From positions 1,364,001 to 1,428,000 of the forward strand of contig MU008162.1 of assembly GCA_010909165.1 (NCBI GenBank): a DNA stretch of 64,000 bases, written 5' to 3'. The position numbers were made by a program, and so were the translations under genes. The first letter of the stretch is position 1. Each line of letters starts with the position of its first letter. The stretch is from Anthoceros angustus. Taxonomy: Eukaryota; Plantae; Anthocerotophyta. The notes beneath the pieces are model-generated. The model worked only from the letters and a program-made list of their open reading frames with translations, ran no database searches and was not told the origin of the DNA. Below are positions 32,696-46,028 of the stretch, in pieces.

Positions 32696-35600
32696 CTAAT
32701 CCAGCACGGGGGCCAATCCTGTACATAAGTGTGCTAGCAATCTTTGGTATTGACCATAGTACTCACAAACGGCCTGCACATCTTCCCGCTGCCTGTTCAA
32801 GTCTCCCGGCAAGTCCAGCAAATCAGCTCCAGCTCTACCGCCGCTTGGATCACCACTGAAAACTTCTGTCCCCTTCAACTTTGCCGCTGTGGAAGATCGG
32901 GCGATGGCCTTTCCCTCATGGCAAGCAAGCAAGAACATAGCTGCTGTGTCTGGGAGCTGTGCATTACGCAGGGTTGCCAGGGCCTCCGAAAGTGACCCAG
33001 CAGACACGAATAGTGTCATAGCCCTGCACAGGTTGGTAGAGGGAATCAGTGTGTAATAGATTGGAAGACTAGCTATCAGTCTAGCAGAATAGAAGTCTAC
33101 GTAAGATCCAAAACAACCGTGCAAACTCACCTCCATAGGTTGTGCTCATTATGAAGAACATGCTCTCCCCACCTCTCCAACACCCTGCACACAGACCACC
33201 TAAGTTTCAGGCACACATCCTACGGAACACCACACAGATGGGTCACTTGGAAAACTGGGTGTCAACACCAACCTGGCATGGTCTGTTCCACTGAGATGCG
33301 CAGCTGCAAGGGTGGCAGCGTCAACCCACCGTCCAGCATCTTGCAGCTATATACGAGGCCGGACATGCATCAGTGTACCGTCAAACAAAGAGGAACACTC
33401 TTCAAACACTTCAGTCAGATGAGTGTAGCTAACCTGAGAACATGCTTCCTGATAGCGGCCGACAGCACAAAGGAGATGGGTGCCCGACAATGAGTCTGGC
33501 GTGGTAACCATGTTTGCTGCCACCACCTAGGCATCCCCAAAAGAAACCCTTGATAAGGACCCTCAGGACCAACCACTGAAGCCATCAAGCTATGGGGAAA
33601 ACAGTGCTAATGCGTTGCCAAAGCCACTCTGCACACTGCAGCATCCCATCCACCTTTGGGACATACCTTAACTGCAAGCTCATGCATTGCTGGCGAAACA
33701 GCTGATGCCAGTGCAACTGCTCGAAGGGCATCCACATAGAAATGAGGGTTGTCCGGAGGAGTTGCTAGCAGAAGTGTAACAGCATTCTCAAAATCTCCCA
33801 CAGAAACGTACCTGTATAGAAGAAATTTGACCATGTCAAGATCATGAGATCATATTCCTTACACATGTTGTCAAAACATCCCTTTTCCCCTAAACTATGA
33901 AGACCTGGCTCAACAGAAAATGTCCTTCCAGCACTCTCTACCAAACAAGCTTTTTGGGCAGTCATACTCGTGAATTCTCTTCTGAGCAGCTTCATCACCC
34001 ACAAGCTTGTCATGCCACGAAATGCGCTCCCGAGCAACATTACAAACAGCACCTTGCTCACTTGGTACAGTGGCAGCAAATCCGGAAGGCTGTCCAAACC
34101 AACAAGAATTAGTGGTTGAGAGGACAGTGCTCAGTCATTGTGACGCCATACAGTATCACCAACATCCAATCTGGCCCACTGCACATGGACATTGATAAGG
34201 CAAAGTGAAAGAGTGAGGCCCCTACAAGTTTTAGCAAAGAGGAAGGTGTGGAAATGGGTGCTGGTTTGGTTGCAGTCGCATGGCCCTTCAAAGCAGAGGC
34301 ACTATGGATGTTCTTGCTGCCATTCATGTCAGGAGATGCACTCCCTGGGACTGAATCTTCTTGAGGAAAGGTAACAGGGGACTTGACCCAAAAAGCAGCG
34401 GGACCAGCAGACCCTGCACTGAGAAGGGCTAGTGCCTTTGGAAGTTGAAGCCAGAACATGGCTTCCTGATAATCTCCAAAGTGAGCAGCAACGAAAGCAA
34501 GGCGTGCTGCACATCCCTGTCCGCATACTGTAGCATACGCGACTGCTCTTTCGTAATCCATTAACCGAGCTGGTAACATAAACAATGATTAGTACATTTT
34601 GCAATAAACGAACTCTAGCTCTAATCATCTGACAAGAGTATTAAGGGCAGAACATGCTTGCCAGCCTTCCGATATGGCTCCAGGGCCTTCAGTAACACTT
34701 CTGCAACAACTGTTTCTCCTAGAACAGGAAGCGATGTATCCAGCAAGAACTGTCGAAGGTCGCCTGCATGTGCATCTGGTGATCGGCCACCATTGTCACT
34801 GTCAAAAGCCGAAGAAGACGCATCAAACCAGAAAGGCTGCACCCCTTGCTGCAGAAGCATTCGTAAAGCCTGAAACCAAGAACCGTTCTGTTAACTCATA
34901 CCAATGCAGAGAGTCAAATAACTTGTCTATGTGAAATAATTTCAGGACTCCCACTATCTCCTACTGCGGCCCTTTTGTAGAAGTGTCCTGGACCAGGAAG
35001 AGAATGGAGTACCAAAGCATGAGGAGGTGGAAGCAATGCTGGGGAACAAAGGGGCATGGGGCGATATCGCTCCCACACTGTCTGAGGTCTTGCTCCCTGG
35101 CTGGATTTCTGTGAAGCTGTAGGTGCGCTGCACAGCCAAGCGACAGAGATTAAGCACTTGACAATGGAAAATCTGTAGACTGCAGTTATTTGTGCTGCTT
35201 CCTTACTTGTGAACCTCAAGAAGGCGAAAACTGCCATCTGCTCCAGCAACACACAAAAGGAGTGGTTCCCGCTTATCAGCACGGACAGGCAACCAATCAA
35301 GCTCAAGCACAAGAATGCCTGCAAGCTGGGGCTGTACAAGTGCATTCGCTAGAGGATCTTGTGAATCCTGCAGATAGCCATAATGTCAAGATTCCATAAT
35401 TAAACAAAGGCATGGCTTTTCCATAGAAGAAGAGACTTTCACGTACAAGATCATAGATGGCAAAATTGTGCTCATTGAAGAGAACAGCAATTCGTCCTCT
35501 GCTTTGGTCCCCAATAGAGACAGGCGCAAACTTAATGCGCCTGATACCACCTTGGTGAGTGCTAAACCAAGAAGACAGGCCAGTTGTAACGTCCCACCAA

Positions 35601-38600
35601 CGAATATTACCTAAACGATCTCCCATAACCTAATATATGGAACACCTTCAAACTGAATGTTATCAAAAGAACTGGCAGAAACAGGTGCCAGGAGCCAACT
35701 CGTCAAGCAATCTGAAGGAAAAAAATGAGGTTATAGACAGACGGTAAAATACCACATGGGGCATACGATAGGCCATTGCAGTGACTAAGACTTCTGCAGA
35801 TGAGAATGAGGATGCTGCTTTGGGCCTACAAGACATCCGAAAACAGTCAAACATTTTATATTTCGTCAAATGCAGCACTGTGTCCAGTAACCAGCTGAAA
35901 CAAGGATGGAATACTTTTGCTCACATACTACAGAACAACAAAGCAGTCTCAAAGTGCATGTCTACGGCAAAAGGAACAAAAATCAAAGCACTGCACCTGA
36001 AATCTCTAACCCTTCTTCCTCGCAACTCAAACACCCCAAGTGAACCATTTACCAAAGCGAAAGCAAAGCTTTCGGCAGTTTCATCAGGCACTGCATCTGG
36101 TGGTGCACAGTGGGTCAAAACTGGGCACTAGAAGGGCAGAATGGAAGAAGAGACTCTGAGATGTAAAATTGCATAAAACTTGTTCATCCACAGAATAGCA
36201 AACAAACCTGCTCCAGTACTCGGCGCTCCAGGACTAGATGGAGCATTAGCAGCTGCAACTGTAGATGCAATTGTCGGCCGCTCACGGTAAGCAAGTGAGA
36301 CTCTTCTACCTGAGGTTGTGCCACCTGTGGTGGATGGGGCCCTCGGTGCTGGAGGAAGGGCCCATTCCATCACAGTGAACGGGAGCGCCAAGGATCGAAG
36401 CTAGACAGAATAAACTGGTTCAGGAATACATATGCAATGAGGCAAGCCACTGAGAAGTTCAGCAAGGAAAAAACACCGTCATTCAGCAGTACAGAGAGAT
36501 GATCGGGCAGAGACATCCATGTGGGCTTACCATCTGTGGAGTCCTTGTCATGGCCCACACCTCAGCTGGTGCTTCTCGAAACAAGATCAGCAGATACCTG
36601 CCCTATCGCAAACATATAATACCAGAACGAATTGGTACACATTGTGCCTGAACACCTACTGCCACCCCACCCACCCACACCCCGCCCTCCCCAACATCTG
36701 ACCACAGAATTGATCAAACCATCTGTACTAAGTTTGCAACAAAATCCACAATTCTCTACCTTCCAGAGGGGGACGTTCTTAAAGCACGCATTGGTGCACG
36801 CTCAGGCTTCAGCAAAACTCGGAAAGCTTTGCTTTGTCCACTCCGTACACACGTTACCATCAGCTTATTGATAAATCCACCACCCTTACCTTTCACCTGC
36901 AAAATTGAACACCCCCAGATTTCAACTCGTAGGAATTGTGTCCTGCATGCAAAGAATCAAAAATTTCGTTGCTGCAGCTTGTTTGCATGAAGAGAATCAA
37001 AGACTTTGTTGAAATAACCTCAGTATAGGAGAAAGACACAAGCCGGGAATTCCCCAGCCACCGAACACCCCGCACGATGGTAGTGTTATGCACAGCAAAC
37101 GAGGCTGTTATCGCATTTGCTGCTGGGTCCACCAACTCTAAGGTCCCTCCTTGAGTAGCCAATGCAACAAGAGGTGCTGCTACTGCCCCAGCATTAGAAC
37201 CACCTGAACCATAGACATAGTGTTCGCGTGAGACAGCGTTTTGGATCAGCTGTGAAGCACAACAACTCAACTGGAAGTTTCTACGAGCTCTGGATTTACC
37301 AGGAGTTGTTGCGAGGAGGGAAGGCACTGGTACTGCCAAAGTGGTTATTGCAGAAGCCAACAGATGTAGCTGGCCTGTCAGCTCCAGCTATTGAGAAGAT
37401 CAGATTGTTGTGAGAAAGGGCCAGACGATGTAGTGATGTGGGAACACGGAGTTATAAGTCCTGAAGGCCTACAACATTGCACAAGAGCAAAGTCTGCACT
37501 GAAGAGAGAGAACGTTTCCAACCACACCTTGAACACTGGATCAGGCCCAGAAGGAACAACACTGACATCCTGCTTGCTTTGCTGCCCGGTCCCGTCACTC
37601 GATTGTGCAGCAGCAGCAACAAGACCCTTGCCACTACCAATCCTTCGGACTTGTGCACTCTGCGGCATAGTCGCAGTCATGGCCCAATGCCATAGTCGTC
37701 CATCATCAGAAATAGACACAAACGTAGCTTCACTGATAATGCTCGTTTCATCTGTTTGACCCTGTGTAGCAGAGTCCAGTTGGTCACCCGATGTATCAGC
37801 AGGAGATTTCCCTGAGGGAGACGAGGCATCACCAGTGCGTGGGTGCATAAGCTTCAGCACAAGCACACCATCAGAAGCCTTAGCGTTCTGCACGCGAAGC
37901 TGTACTGGGCAATTAGCCACAGCAAGCACTACTGGAGCGGGAACTGATGTGCCCAAAGAAGGCATCAGGGACTCCATCTGGCAAAGCGAAAAGAGTTGCC
38001 TCGCCCTACAAGCGACGACACACAAACATTTAGCACGGGCACCATCTCAGAATCACCCCACAAACTGAACACGTGAAAGCTTTCACAGCAGCGGTCATAC
38101 AGGACTCCGTCTTAGGACCAACGAAACAGCAGGCCAAGTTGGCAAATCAGGTCCTTACTCTTTCCTTCTCCAAGCACTGATCTTTCCGTCAATATGGGCG
38201 CAGTACAGGATCTCATCATCCACAATTGCAAATAAGTCGAGGAGCTTCCCACATCCTCGTGGCATTCCTGTGGAACCAAGTGGCAAGAAGAAGTGGAGAT
38301 CAAAGACGATGATCTCCCTTGCATGCATGATGTAAAGGAGACCTCTCGTCCTCTCCGAGAATAAACAGCGTACATATACACCAGGAGCCGATGCCAAGGC
38401 CGGGGCTCCAGACGACGAGGACCCAGAGCTGGAACCACCCGAAGTACTCGCATCCTTGCCAGCTCTGTCCTTTTCACCACCTCCCGCCCCACCCCCAGTA
38501 CTCCGCTCCTCTATCGTCCCCAGAGGATATTGCTTCACAGACACCTCCCCATCAGCCGGGGCATTGAGAAAAATAGACAGCAGCAGCCCCTTCAACCCCA

Positions 38601-39165
38601 AAATGCAGACCTGCCGGGCATCCAGTGGGTCACACCGCATGCACCCCAAAACCTCTGGAGCAGCATCGAACTTCCACAGCGAGCGGCCAGACCCTGGATC
38701 CCACAGCACAACAAGCGAAGGCCCATGGATGGCCATCACAAGCCAGGGATGCCCGAACACCCACCGAATGTCCTGTATCCCAAGCTTGTTCTTCTCCTGG
38801 TCGACCCCGAGCCAGGTCACAACTTCCCCCAACCCAACATCCCAAATGGCGATCCTGCCCTGCCTGTCCCCCGCGGCCACCCGCGTATGCATCGAAACTC
38901 CATCGTGCGTCAGATCCCTGGCAATCCCCTCCGGCGTCCACTGCACTGCGGTGACATAGGCGGCGGGCGCAGACGGCGTGCTGCGAGGGGGAGGCATTGG
39001 CAGCACCGTCACCAGCTGCATGGACCGGACATCGATCACCACCACAGAGCTCCCGGCTGCGTACGCCAGCAGGCCGTGCGAGCTGCAGTGAGCCGCGCCA
39101 CCATTCTCCTTGCTCGCCGGCGCGGCCAGCACGGCCCCGGCCCCGGCACCCTGGCTGCCAGTCAT
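32696..39165 (-). CDS. WDR11: WD40-repeat protein WDR11 homolog (transducin family), multi-exon
   Basis: First exon ORF 38155-39165 (GLLAYAAGSSVVVID, RVAAGDRQGRIAIWD). Later exons read GDRLGNIRWWDVTTG, DPLANALVQPQLAGILVLELDWLP, AVTLLLATPP..YVDALRAVALAS, ending VCEYYGQYQRLLAHLCTGLAPVLD. Individual internal exon bounds not all fixed. Confidence 0.88.
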
Positions 39166-39986
39166 GCTTCCAGCCCTGGATTCGGATTCCCCGGCTACCG
39201 ATCTCGCCTACCGCATTGGATCATGGAATCGTGCTAATCCTGCGATGCGGAATCGCCCAGCTCGGATTCGTCTCCTCTTCTCGCCTGACGATCCGCGCCG
39301 GCGACATTGCTGGGTTCTGGAATCCGAATCCGAGTGATGGGCAGTTGCAAGCATCCGCAATCTGAAACGGGTGGCTTCGATCCTGTCTCCTGCCGATGGT
39401 GGAAGCCGGGCAGCAGGAGCTTGCTTGGAAGCTGCCGGGAACCTGCGAGGAAGGCCCGCTGTTCACCATCCCAGCACCAGGCTTCCTGGCTCAATTCATC
39501 CCGCTCCGCGGAGGCTCGAGTCCGCGGCTCTCCTGAGATCCAGAGAGACAGAAGCGAGAAGCGAGACGCGAGCTCCACCGTTACGCTCGGCGCGTACCTT
39601 GCCCTAGGACGATGCTTACAGACTCGGACCATGATTGCACGGCTTGCAAATTCCATTTTCCCTCTGCCATTTTCTTCTCTCCCACAAAAATTCCAGTTGC
39701 AGCGTGGAATTGGTCTAGGGGTCCAGGCGCGTTCCCCGAGAGAGATACCAGGCCCAGAAGAGCGTAAAAACTGAACTAGTCTACAACAAGAAGGGACAAG
39801 AACGTGTAACTTTACTACGTAATGGTACACTACGACAATGTCCTGCAACAGCTACATACCTAGTTATACAGCTTTGGAATGTTTGATTAATTTCGACAAA
39901 TTCAGCACTCTAAAGAATGATAATGAATACCTACAAGCTGGCGCAACTGCCACTGACCCAACTGCTGAACTGAAGACAGGCCGGCC

Positions 39987-41973
39987 TCAAGCATCCGGGG
40001 AAGACTCAGGGTCAGCGATCATCCAGGTCCCGGGTGCCACATAGGTGTAGCCCCGAAAGAAATCGCTGTCCCCGTTCTTGGGAGTCGAGGCCGGAGAGTC
40101 GTCAGTGGGCAGCTTGGTCCAGCGTTCGTCGAAGTTGGCTGTGCAGGAGAGGCCCTTGACATCGGGTCTGAACTTGGGTTTCAGTTCACGGGCCTCCAGC
40201 TTCCGCCAGTTGATGGACTTGAAGAACTTATGCTGCACGATCTCTTCGGTCCCGTTTACTCCACAGCCCAGACGCTTGCTTGGGTCCTTCTGGAGTAACT
40301 GATGCAGGTGCAACACGTGATGTGAGTGAGCTGGTCGGTATCGAGACGACAAGGTACATGTAAAACGGAAGACGTAGAATGGTGTCATACCCCTTTCAAA
40401 AAATTGTGTGCGTCGGAGGTCAAATAGGCCGGAAGCTTGATCTTATCTTTTAGTATCTTCTCCTGCAATTTTTGCCTGTTGCCGTGGGAGAATGGGGGCT
40501 GCCAAGGAAGCGACAACTCGGCAGGGTCAGACACCTACGAAACTTACATCCCAAAGAGTTCATACCGCAGAAATGATGGATGGCACTGCACCTACCCTTC
40601 CGGTTAACATCTCGTAAAGCAGAATCCCAACACTCCACCAGTCTGCAGCCTTGCCATGGCCCTTCGCGAGGAGAATTTCAGGTGCCATATATTCCACTGT
40701 TCCGCACAGAGAATTGGAAGAATTCGAATCATCCAACTCCTTCGCCAAACCAAAGTCAGTGAGTCTTACCTGCAAATCGCAATCAACCATCAGCGGAAGC
40801 CTCCACCACTATCACAATTGTGGGTTATGTATCAGAATTTCCAGCCCGAAACAGCTTCCCACCATAAAAAAACATACTTACATGGCCTTCGATGTCCAGC
40901 AAAATGTTTTCAGGCTTCAGGTCCCTATGTATTATCCCCTTGGAGTGGAGATGAGCGACGGCACAAACAATTTCCGCAATGTACATCCGTGCAAGGTCCT
41001 CACTGGTAGAAAAAGAAGCAGAAAACGGAATGAGCGCCAGCTCTAAACCACTGCACTACCGGAAGAGATTGCAACCAAGTAGCACACCTGAAAGTTCCCT
41101 GCCGGTAAAGCTGAAAGAAAAGATGACCCCCATTAATAAAATCAAGCAGCAAGTAAAGCTTGCTCTTCGTCTGCAACCCCACACCACAAGTCAATTCCCT
41201 CTCCAAAACGATTATGGTGACCGCGAGTACACCAAGAAATAAATCCACATAGGGAACAGACTCCGCACCTGGAAAGAGTACCTCAACTGCACAATGAAGG
41301 GGTGATCGATCTTGGTCAGAATATCCCTCTCCGCCTTCATGTAATCCCCATGGTTTTTCTCCATAATCTTATCCTTCCTCATAACCTTCATGGCGTAAAT
41401 CTCCATACTCCCCTTCTTTTGCACTTGAAAAACCTTTCCAAACGCCCCCTGCCCTACAACCCTCAACCTCTCAAAATCCTGCGGCCCCAACCTCTCCTCG
41501 GTTCCCAAGCACAACTTGTCCCCGCCAACCTCAACCTCCTGATCCACACCATCGCTCCCGCTGTCACTCAACGAACCCCTCGAATCCACAAACCCTCCCT
41601 CCTCCTCCTCCACCACTTCTCCCGCACAAAACACATCCTCCTCCCGTACGGACTTCGACAGGAGGCTCTTCCTCTCAACCCTATCCCCCTCCTCCCCGCG
41701 CTTGCTGTGCTGCCGCACAAGGCTAGGCCGCGGCGACGGCCCTACCAGAGAGTGAGACCGGCTGCAAATCACAGCCGGGTCTCCGAGCCGCCAGTGCGCG
41801 GGCTCCGACGGCACGGGCACGGGCCCGAACACGTCAGAGAAATCAAACTCCTCCGCCGGCACATGCTCATCCACATCCGGCAGAGCGGTGGCCGGAGAAT
41901 TCCCGAATACCGTCACAGGCACCGGCCGCACCTTGCGGCCAGCAGGAACCGGGAGCGCAACTGCTGCTGCCAT
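39987..41973 (-). CDS. Ribosomal protein S6 kinase (ATPK/S6K-like AGC kinase), 6 exons
   Basis: [66 protein letters not shown] and hydrophobic motif FRGYTYVAP; GT-AG introns. Confidence 0.95.
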
Positions 41974-43744
41974 GGCGGCACCTCCCGTGCGGCAGCCACA
42001 CGGCATGCAGCCGCAACAGACTTACAAATCCTCCAAATTTTGCCCACTCCTATTGCACGTAAATCAGAGCTGCATACACAGCCAGCAATCGAGCTGCGCT
42101 CCAGGGCTTGCACACCTTGGAATGAGAGCTCCAGGAGCCCCGATCGCCCGCCCTGCCACCCGCGAATGCCCGAGGAAGAGACCTGGCCGGGAATACAAGA
42201 TTGTCAAACACAGCACGCCCGAGGCGGCCCCGAAATCACCAAGAGTCACATTGCGCCTGCTTTGCGAAGCGGCAGCGCCCGAGCCCAGAGTTCCTTCCCT
42301 CGCAGGCCCGCAGCAAAGCAGCAAGGATGTAACCGCGCGAGCGAGGCAGCGGAAATCGAGAAAAGCAGCGAGCAGAACGTGAAGACGACAACAAGGCTAC
42401 AGAGACACAAAAGGTTATGAAATTACCTTTTGGCTCGAATGTACCAAAATTCTGGAGTCTCGTCGACTCACGCTCCCTCCCACATGGTAGAAAAGGCTAT
42501 ATTAGTAACGCCCCTTACTACGCAACCAAAAAGGCAAATGGTCTAGGATTTCATCAATTTACTGCACATATAGACTGCACATATATAGATTTGCACAACT
42601 TTCGGCGCTCTCTCTCCCGCAGTGCACTAGGCTCTAAGTAGCCCACCGTCAACGACAACTCGTCGATCACCTCCTTCAGGTACTTCTCTTTATTCATAGA
42701 ATACACACTTGCCATAACTTGGATGGACAACGCAATTTTGACGCCCAGAGCTAGACAGGAGCAGAGCCCTCGGAGGAGGAAGGGCACACGGAGGCGCAGG
42801 ACACAGCGGGGCCTTCAGCTTTGGACCACCATGAGGTATGCTCCTCGGACCCCGCAGCGGATCAGGACAGCAAGGGGGGAGATAGTTCGGGAGGGAGTAC
42901 GGGGCTGGAGCGAAGGTCCTCACGAAGAAAGTCCGCCCCTGTAACCAGAGACACATCGGGGAGGGCCTGAAGATCCGCCCCGGCGAACCCAGGACGACGA
43001 GGTAGCTCCGAACCTTCCTCCGTCAGGACCGGAGGTTGGGGGGCCCGCCAAAAGACGGGGGGAGGATCCCCATAATCCAATGATATTGTTAGCGGAGGCA
43101 GAAGAGGACGTTGTCGTGACCTCAGCGGTCAGAGCAAGTCCTGGGGTGCAGCCCAATTCTCGTCGGGTCGAGGTCCAGACTCTTGCTAAAGATATTTCTA
43201 AAAGATTATCTCCCATAGAAGAAACGGATTTTCCACGCACTAGGTTAAGATAATTCTTCAAACTTTGCCGGCAGGGGTCGAGAATAATTAGGCTTGGCGC
43301 CCTTTCGGCGTCAGGATTAGGTATTGGTTTGCGAGGCGGAGGGGTCAATCAGGGCTAGCGGCCCAATCACCATAAGCATAGGTAGACACTGCGAGGGATC
43401 CAGTATCCCTCCCGCATGTATAGGTAGCTGGCAGTAGGGCCAGCTAAGGGTTATAATAAAGGCATAGCCTTTGAAGCTATATAAGGGGGAGGTTGCCGTC
43501 CCTGTAATGTGATTTTCCTATTGGGGTTGGTTCCGTATTGTTGCACAGAGTTCTGCTGAGCGGAGTGTGAATGCGTCCCGAGTCGCCGAGCGGGCGGACA
43601 ACCCTGGAGAGGATCATCCTCACTCTGGTGACGAGTCCTAATGCGTGATGGTGTGGTTGCAAGTACCAAAGAGCCTTGATCCCTACTCGTCGCGAGCGGG
43701 ACGGAGAGGATAAGTGTGCTGGAGCAGTGGCTGATGACGAGCCG

Positions 43745-44990
43745 GGTAAGCTAAGGGTGTGAAGAGCCTAGACTGGCCTGGCTTGTGCAGACATGGTTGC
43801 ATAAGCATTGCGGTGCCCGCGCGCACCCGGAGCGTAAAGACACACGCTGAACGGACTCGGAGACGCGAGAATGGGGGAAAAGTGAAGATAGAGGAAGTGT
43901 AGCACGGATTAACGGTGGCTAGCTGAAGACGTGGTCAGATCCTTAAACGTTCGGGTCACTGACCTCACGTAAAACGTTAACTTATCATGGAACATAGTAG
44001 GAATGAGAGGCAAGATCGGCAGTAGAAGGTTTGGGTGGGGTTCGAGCCGACCGTGGTTGTAACCAGATGGGTGCTGGCGAGCGACCCGCAGCACCGCTTC
44101 ATTAGGTGGGTTGTCCCCGTATTTCTTCCGCATTAGATTAGCCGCACGGTGCCCCCGCAGACTCACGGCCCCATGGGCCCGGTGACGGACTGGCGCGACG
44201 CTGAGATAACGCCGTGAGCGCCGGGGGCCGAGGTCCGTTGAACACTCGCCATTGGAGTCCAAGTCCTGGTCGGGAGTTCGTGAATATCGATACCAACCAT
44301 GTAAACCCTCAAGTAGTTAGAATTAGTAGGCTGACGGTGACGGTAAGCTAAGGGTGTGAAGAGCCTAGATCGGCCCGCTTGTGCGTATATGGTTGCATAA
44401 GCATTGGTGCTCACACCGGAGCGTAAAGACACACGCTGAACGGACTCGGAGACGCGAGAATGGGGGAAAAGTGAAGATAGAGGAAGTGTAGCACGGATTA
44501 ACGGTGGCTAGCTGAAGACGTGGTCAGATCCTTAAACGTCTGGTCGTACCGGACCTCGCCGGTAAAACGTTAACTTATCATGGAACATAGTAGGAATGAG
44601 AGGTAAGACTGTGCGCAGTAGAAGGTTTGGGTGGGGGTTCGAGCTGACCAGAAGTTGTAACCTTAGACAGTTAGTGCTGCGATGAGCGACCCGCAAAGCA
44701 GTCCGCTTCATTAGGTGGGTCGGGTTGTCCCCCAGGTATTTCTTCTGGTACAAGGCGAGATTAGCTGCACGGGTGCCCCTGCAGACCCTGGTCGCTGGCC
44801 CCATGGGCCTGGTGACGGACCTGGGCGCCCGCGCGACGTTGAGATAACGCCGTGAGCAGGCCTCCGGGGGCCGAGGTCCGTTGAACACTCTGCCATTGGA
44901 GTCCAAGTCCGGTGGCTGGGGAGTTCGTGAATATCGATACCAACCGGACAGAAACCCTCGAAGTAGTTAGAATTAGTAGGTTGACGGTGA
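43745..44990. repeat. Two tandem ~600-650-bp units inside an unassigned repeat/TE-like block (~42640-45115)
   Basis: Unit 1 43745-44341 and unit 2 44342-44990 both start GGTAAGCTAAGGGTGTGAAGAGCC and end GTAGTTAGAATTAGTAGG(C/T)TGACGGTGA. Confidence 0.9.
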
Positions 44991-45294
44991 GGTACGATAC
45001 ATTTCCTTGGGATCAAATCGCGTACTACACGATATGGGATATAATGTGCGCCCGGCTGGTCCGCTATCGAGAGTACGTCCACACCAACCCAGGAAAAATT
45101 ATTCTTGTCATTTGAAATCGAACCCTGATCTATGCCGATCTTTGAGATAAGAGTTATAGGGAAAGTGAACGAGTTATATGGATAGTTGATGCTTTTATCG
45201 TATCGGGCATGAACCTACGCATGGGATGGGCCAAGAAGGCCGCGTATGGCGGTTGAACCAACTTGTTCTTGGTTTCTACAGTAAATATTAGGTT

Positions 45295-45650
45295 CTCTGG
45301 TTTTTACTTGGGTTAGTTGGGGGTTGTTCCCGTTTTACAATGTTTACTCTCAACGAGTATTATCTTAATTAGCTGTTATTTATCTATTATTCACCTATTT
45401 ATTGGCTAATTATATTCCAATTATCTACCTAGTCAGATGGTCACTATCTAATATGAAAATAGGTACCTCTCTGGTTTTTACTTGGGTTAGTTGGGGGTTA
45501 TTCCCATTTTACAATGTTTACTCTCAATGAGTATTATCTTAATTAGCTGTTATTTATCTATTATTCACCTATTTATTGGCTAATTATATTCCAATTATCT
45601 ACCTAGTCAGATGGTCACTATCTAATATGAAAATAGGTACCTCTGGTTTT
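45295..45650. repeat. ~173-bp AT-rich tandem duplication
   Basis: CTCTGGTTTTTACTTGGG... starts at 45295 and 45469; a third partial start at 45641. Confidence 0.92.
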
Positions 45651-46028
45651 CATGGTTCTCGCTGCACGGGCTGTCAAGACAATGAGCAACATGGGGTCTG
45701 GCTCTACTGGGCAACCAGGTTACAACCAGGTTACAAGGTTACTTACAACAACCTAGTCTTGTGTATTGTTGTGTTTCGCTTGCGTGCGTGGCTATAATTT
45801 GTATGGATCCCAAGTTATCATAGTATAGGTAACTAGGTTGCAAGGTTTTGTTACATACATATTATTTCTTTAATAATTTTTGTTCCATCCTATTGTGCAC
45901 AAATTCTCTACAGCTTTATATATTTATATCTTTAATTTTAGCTATTCTCAACTAACATGTATTGTATTTGTTGGATTGTATAGTTTATAGGAAGTTTAAA
46001 TATGGATTCATTGAAGAAAAATTGAAGT

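Noticed and set aside
15911-37215. Reciprocal pseudogenisation of two complete duplicated gene pairs
   Set aside because: Neither missing 5' half is present even as a remnant. One duplication with intragenic breakpoints explains the pattern more simply.
2170-39165. HEATR5 and WDR11, both linked to AP-1/TGN trafficking in animals and yeast, in one window
   Set aside because: They are ~24 kb apart with unrelated genes between; nothing in the sequence supports functional clustering.
42640-45115. DIRS-like or Gypsy assignment of the repeat block (FTFPPFSRL resembles a DIRS methyltransferase motif)
   Set aside because: One short motif in error-ridden frames; no RT, integrase or tyrosine-recombinase signature seen.
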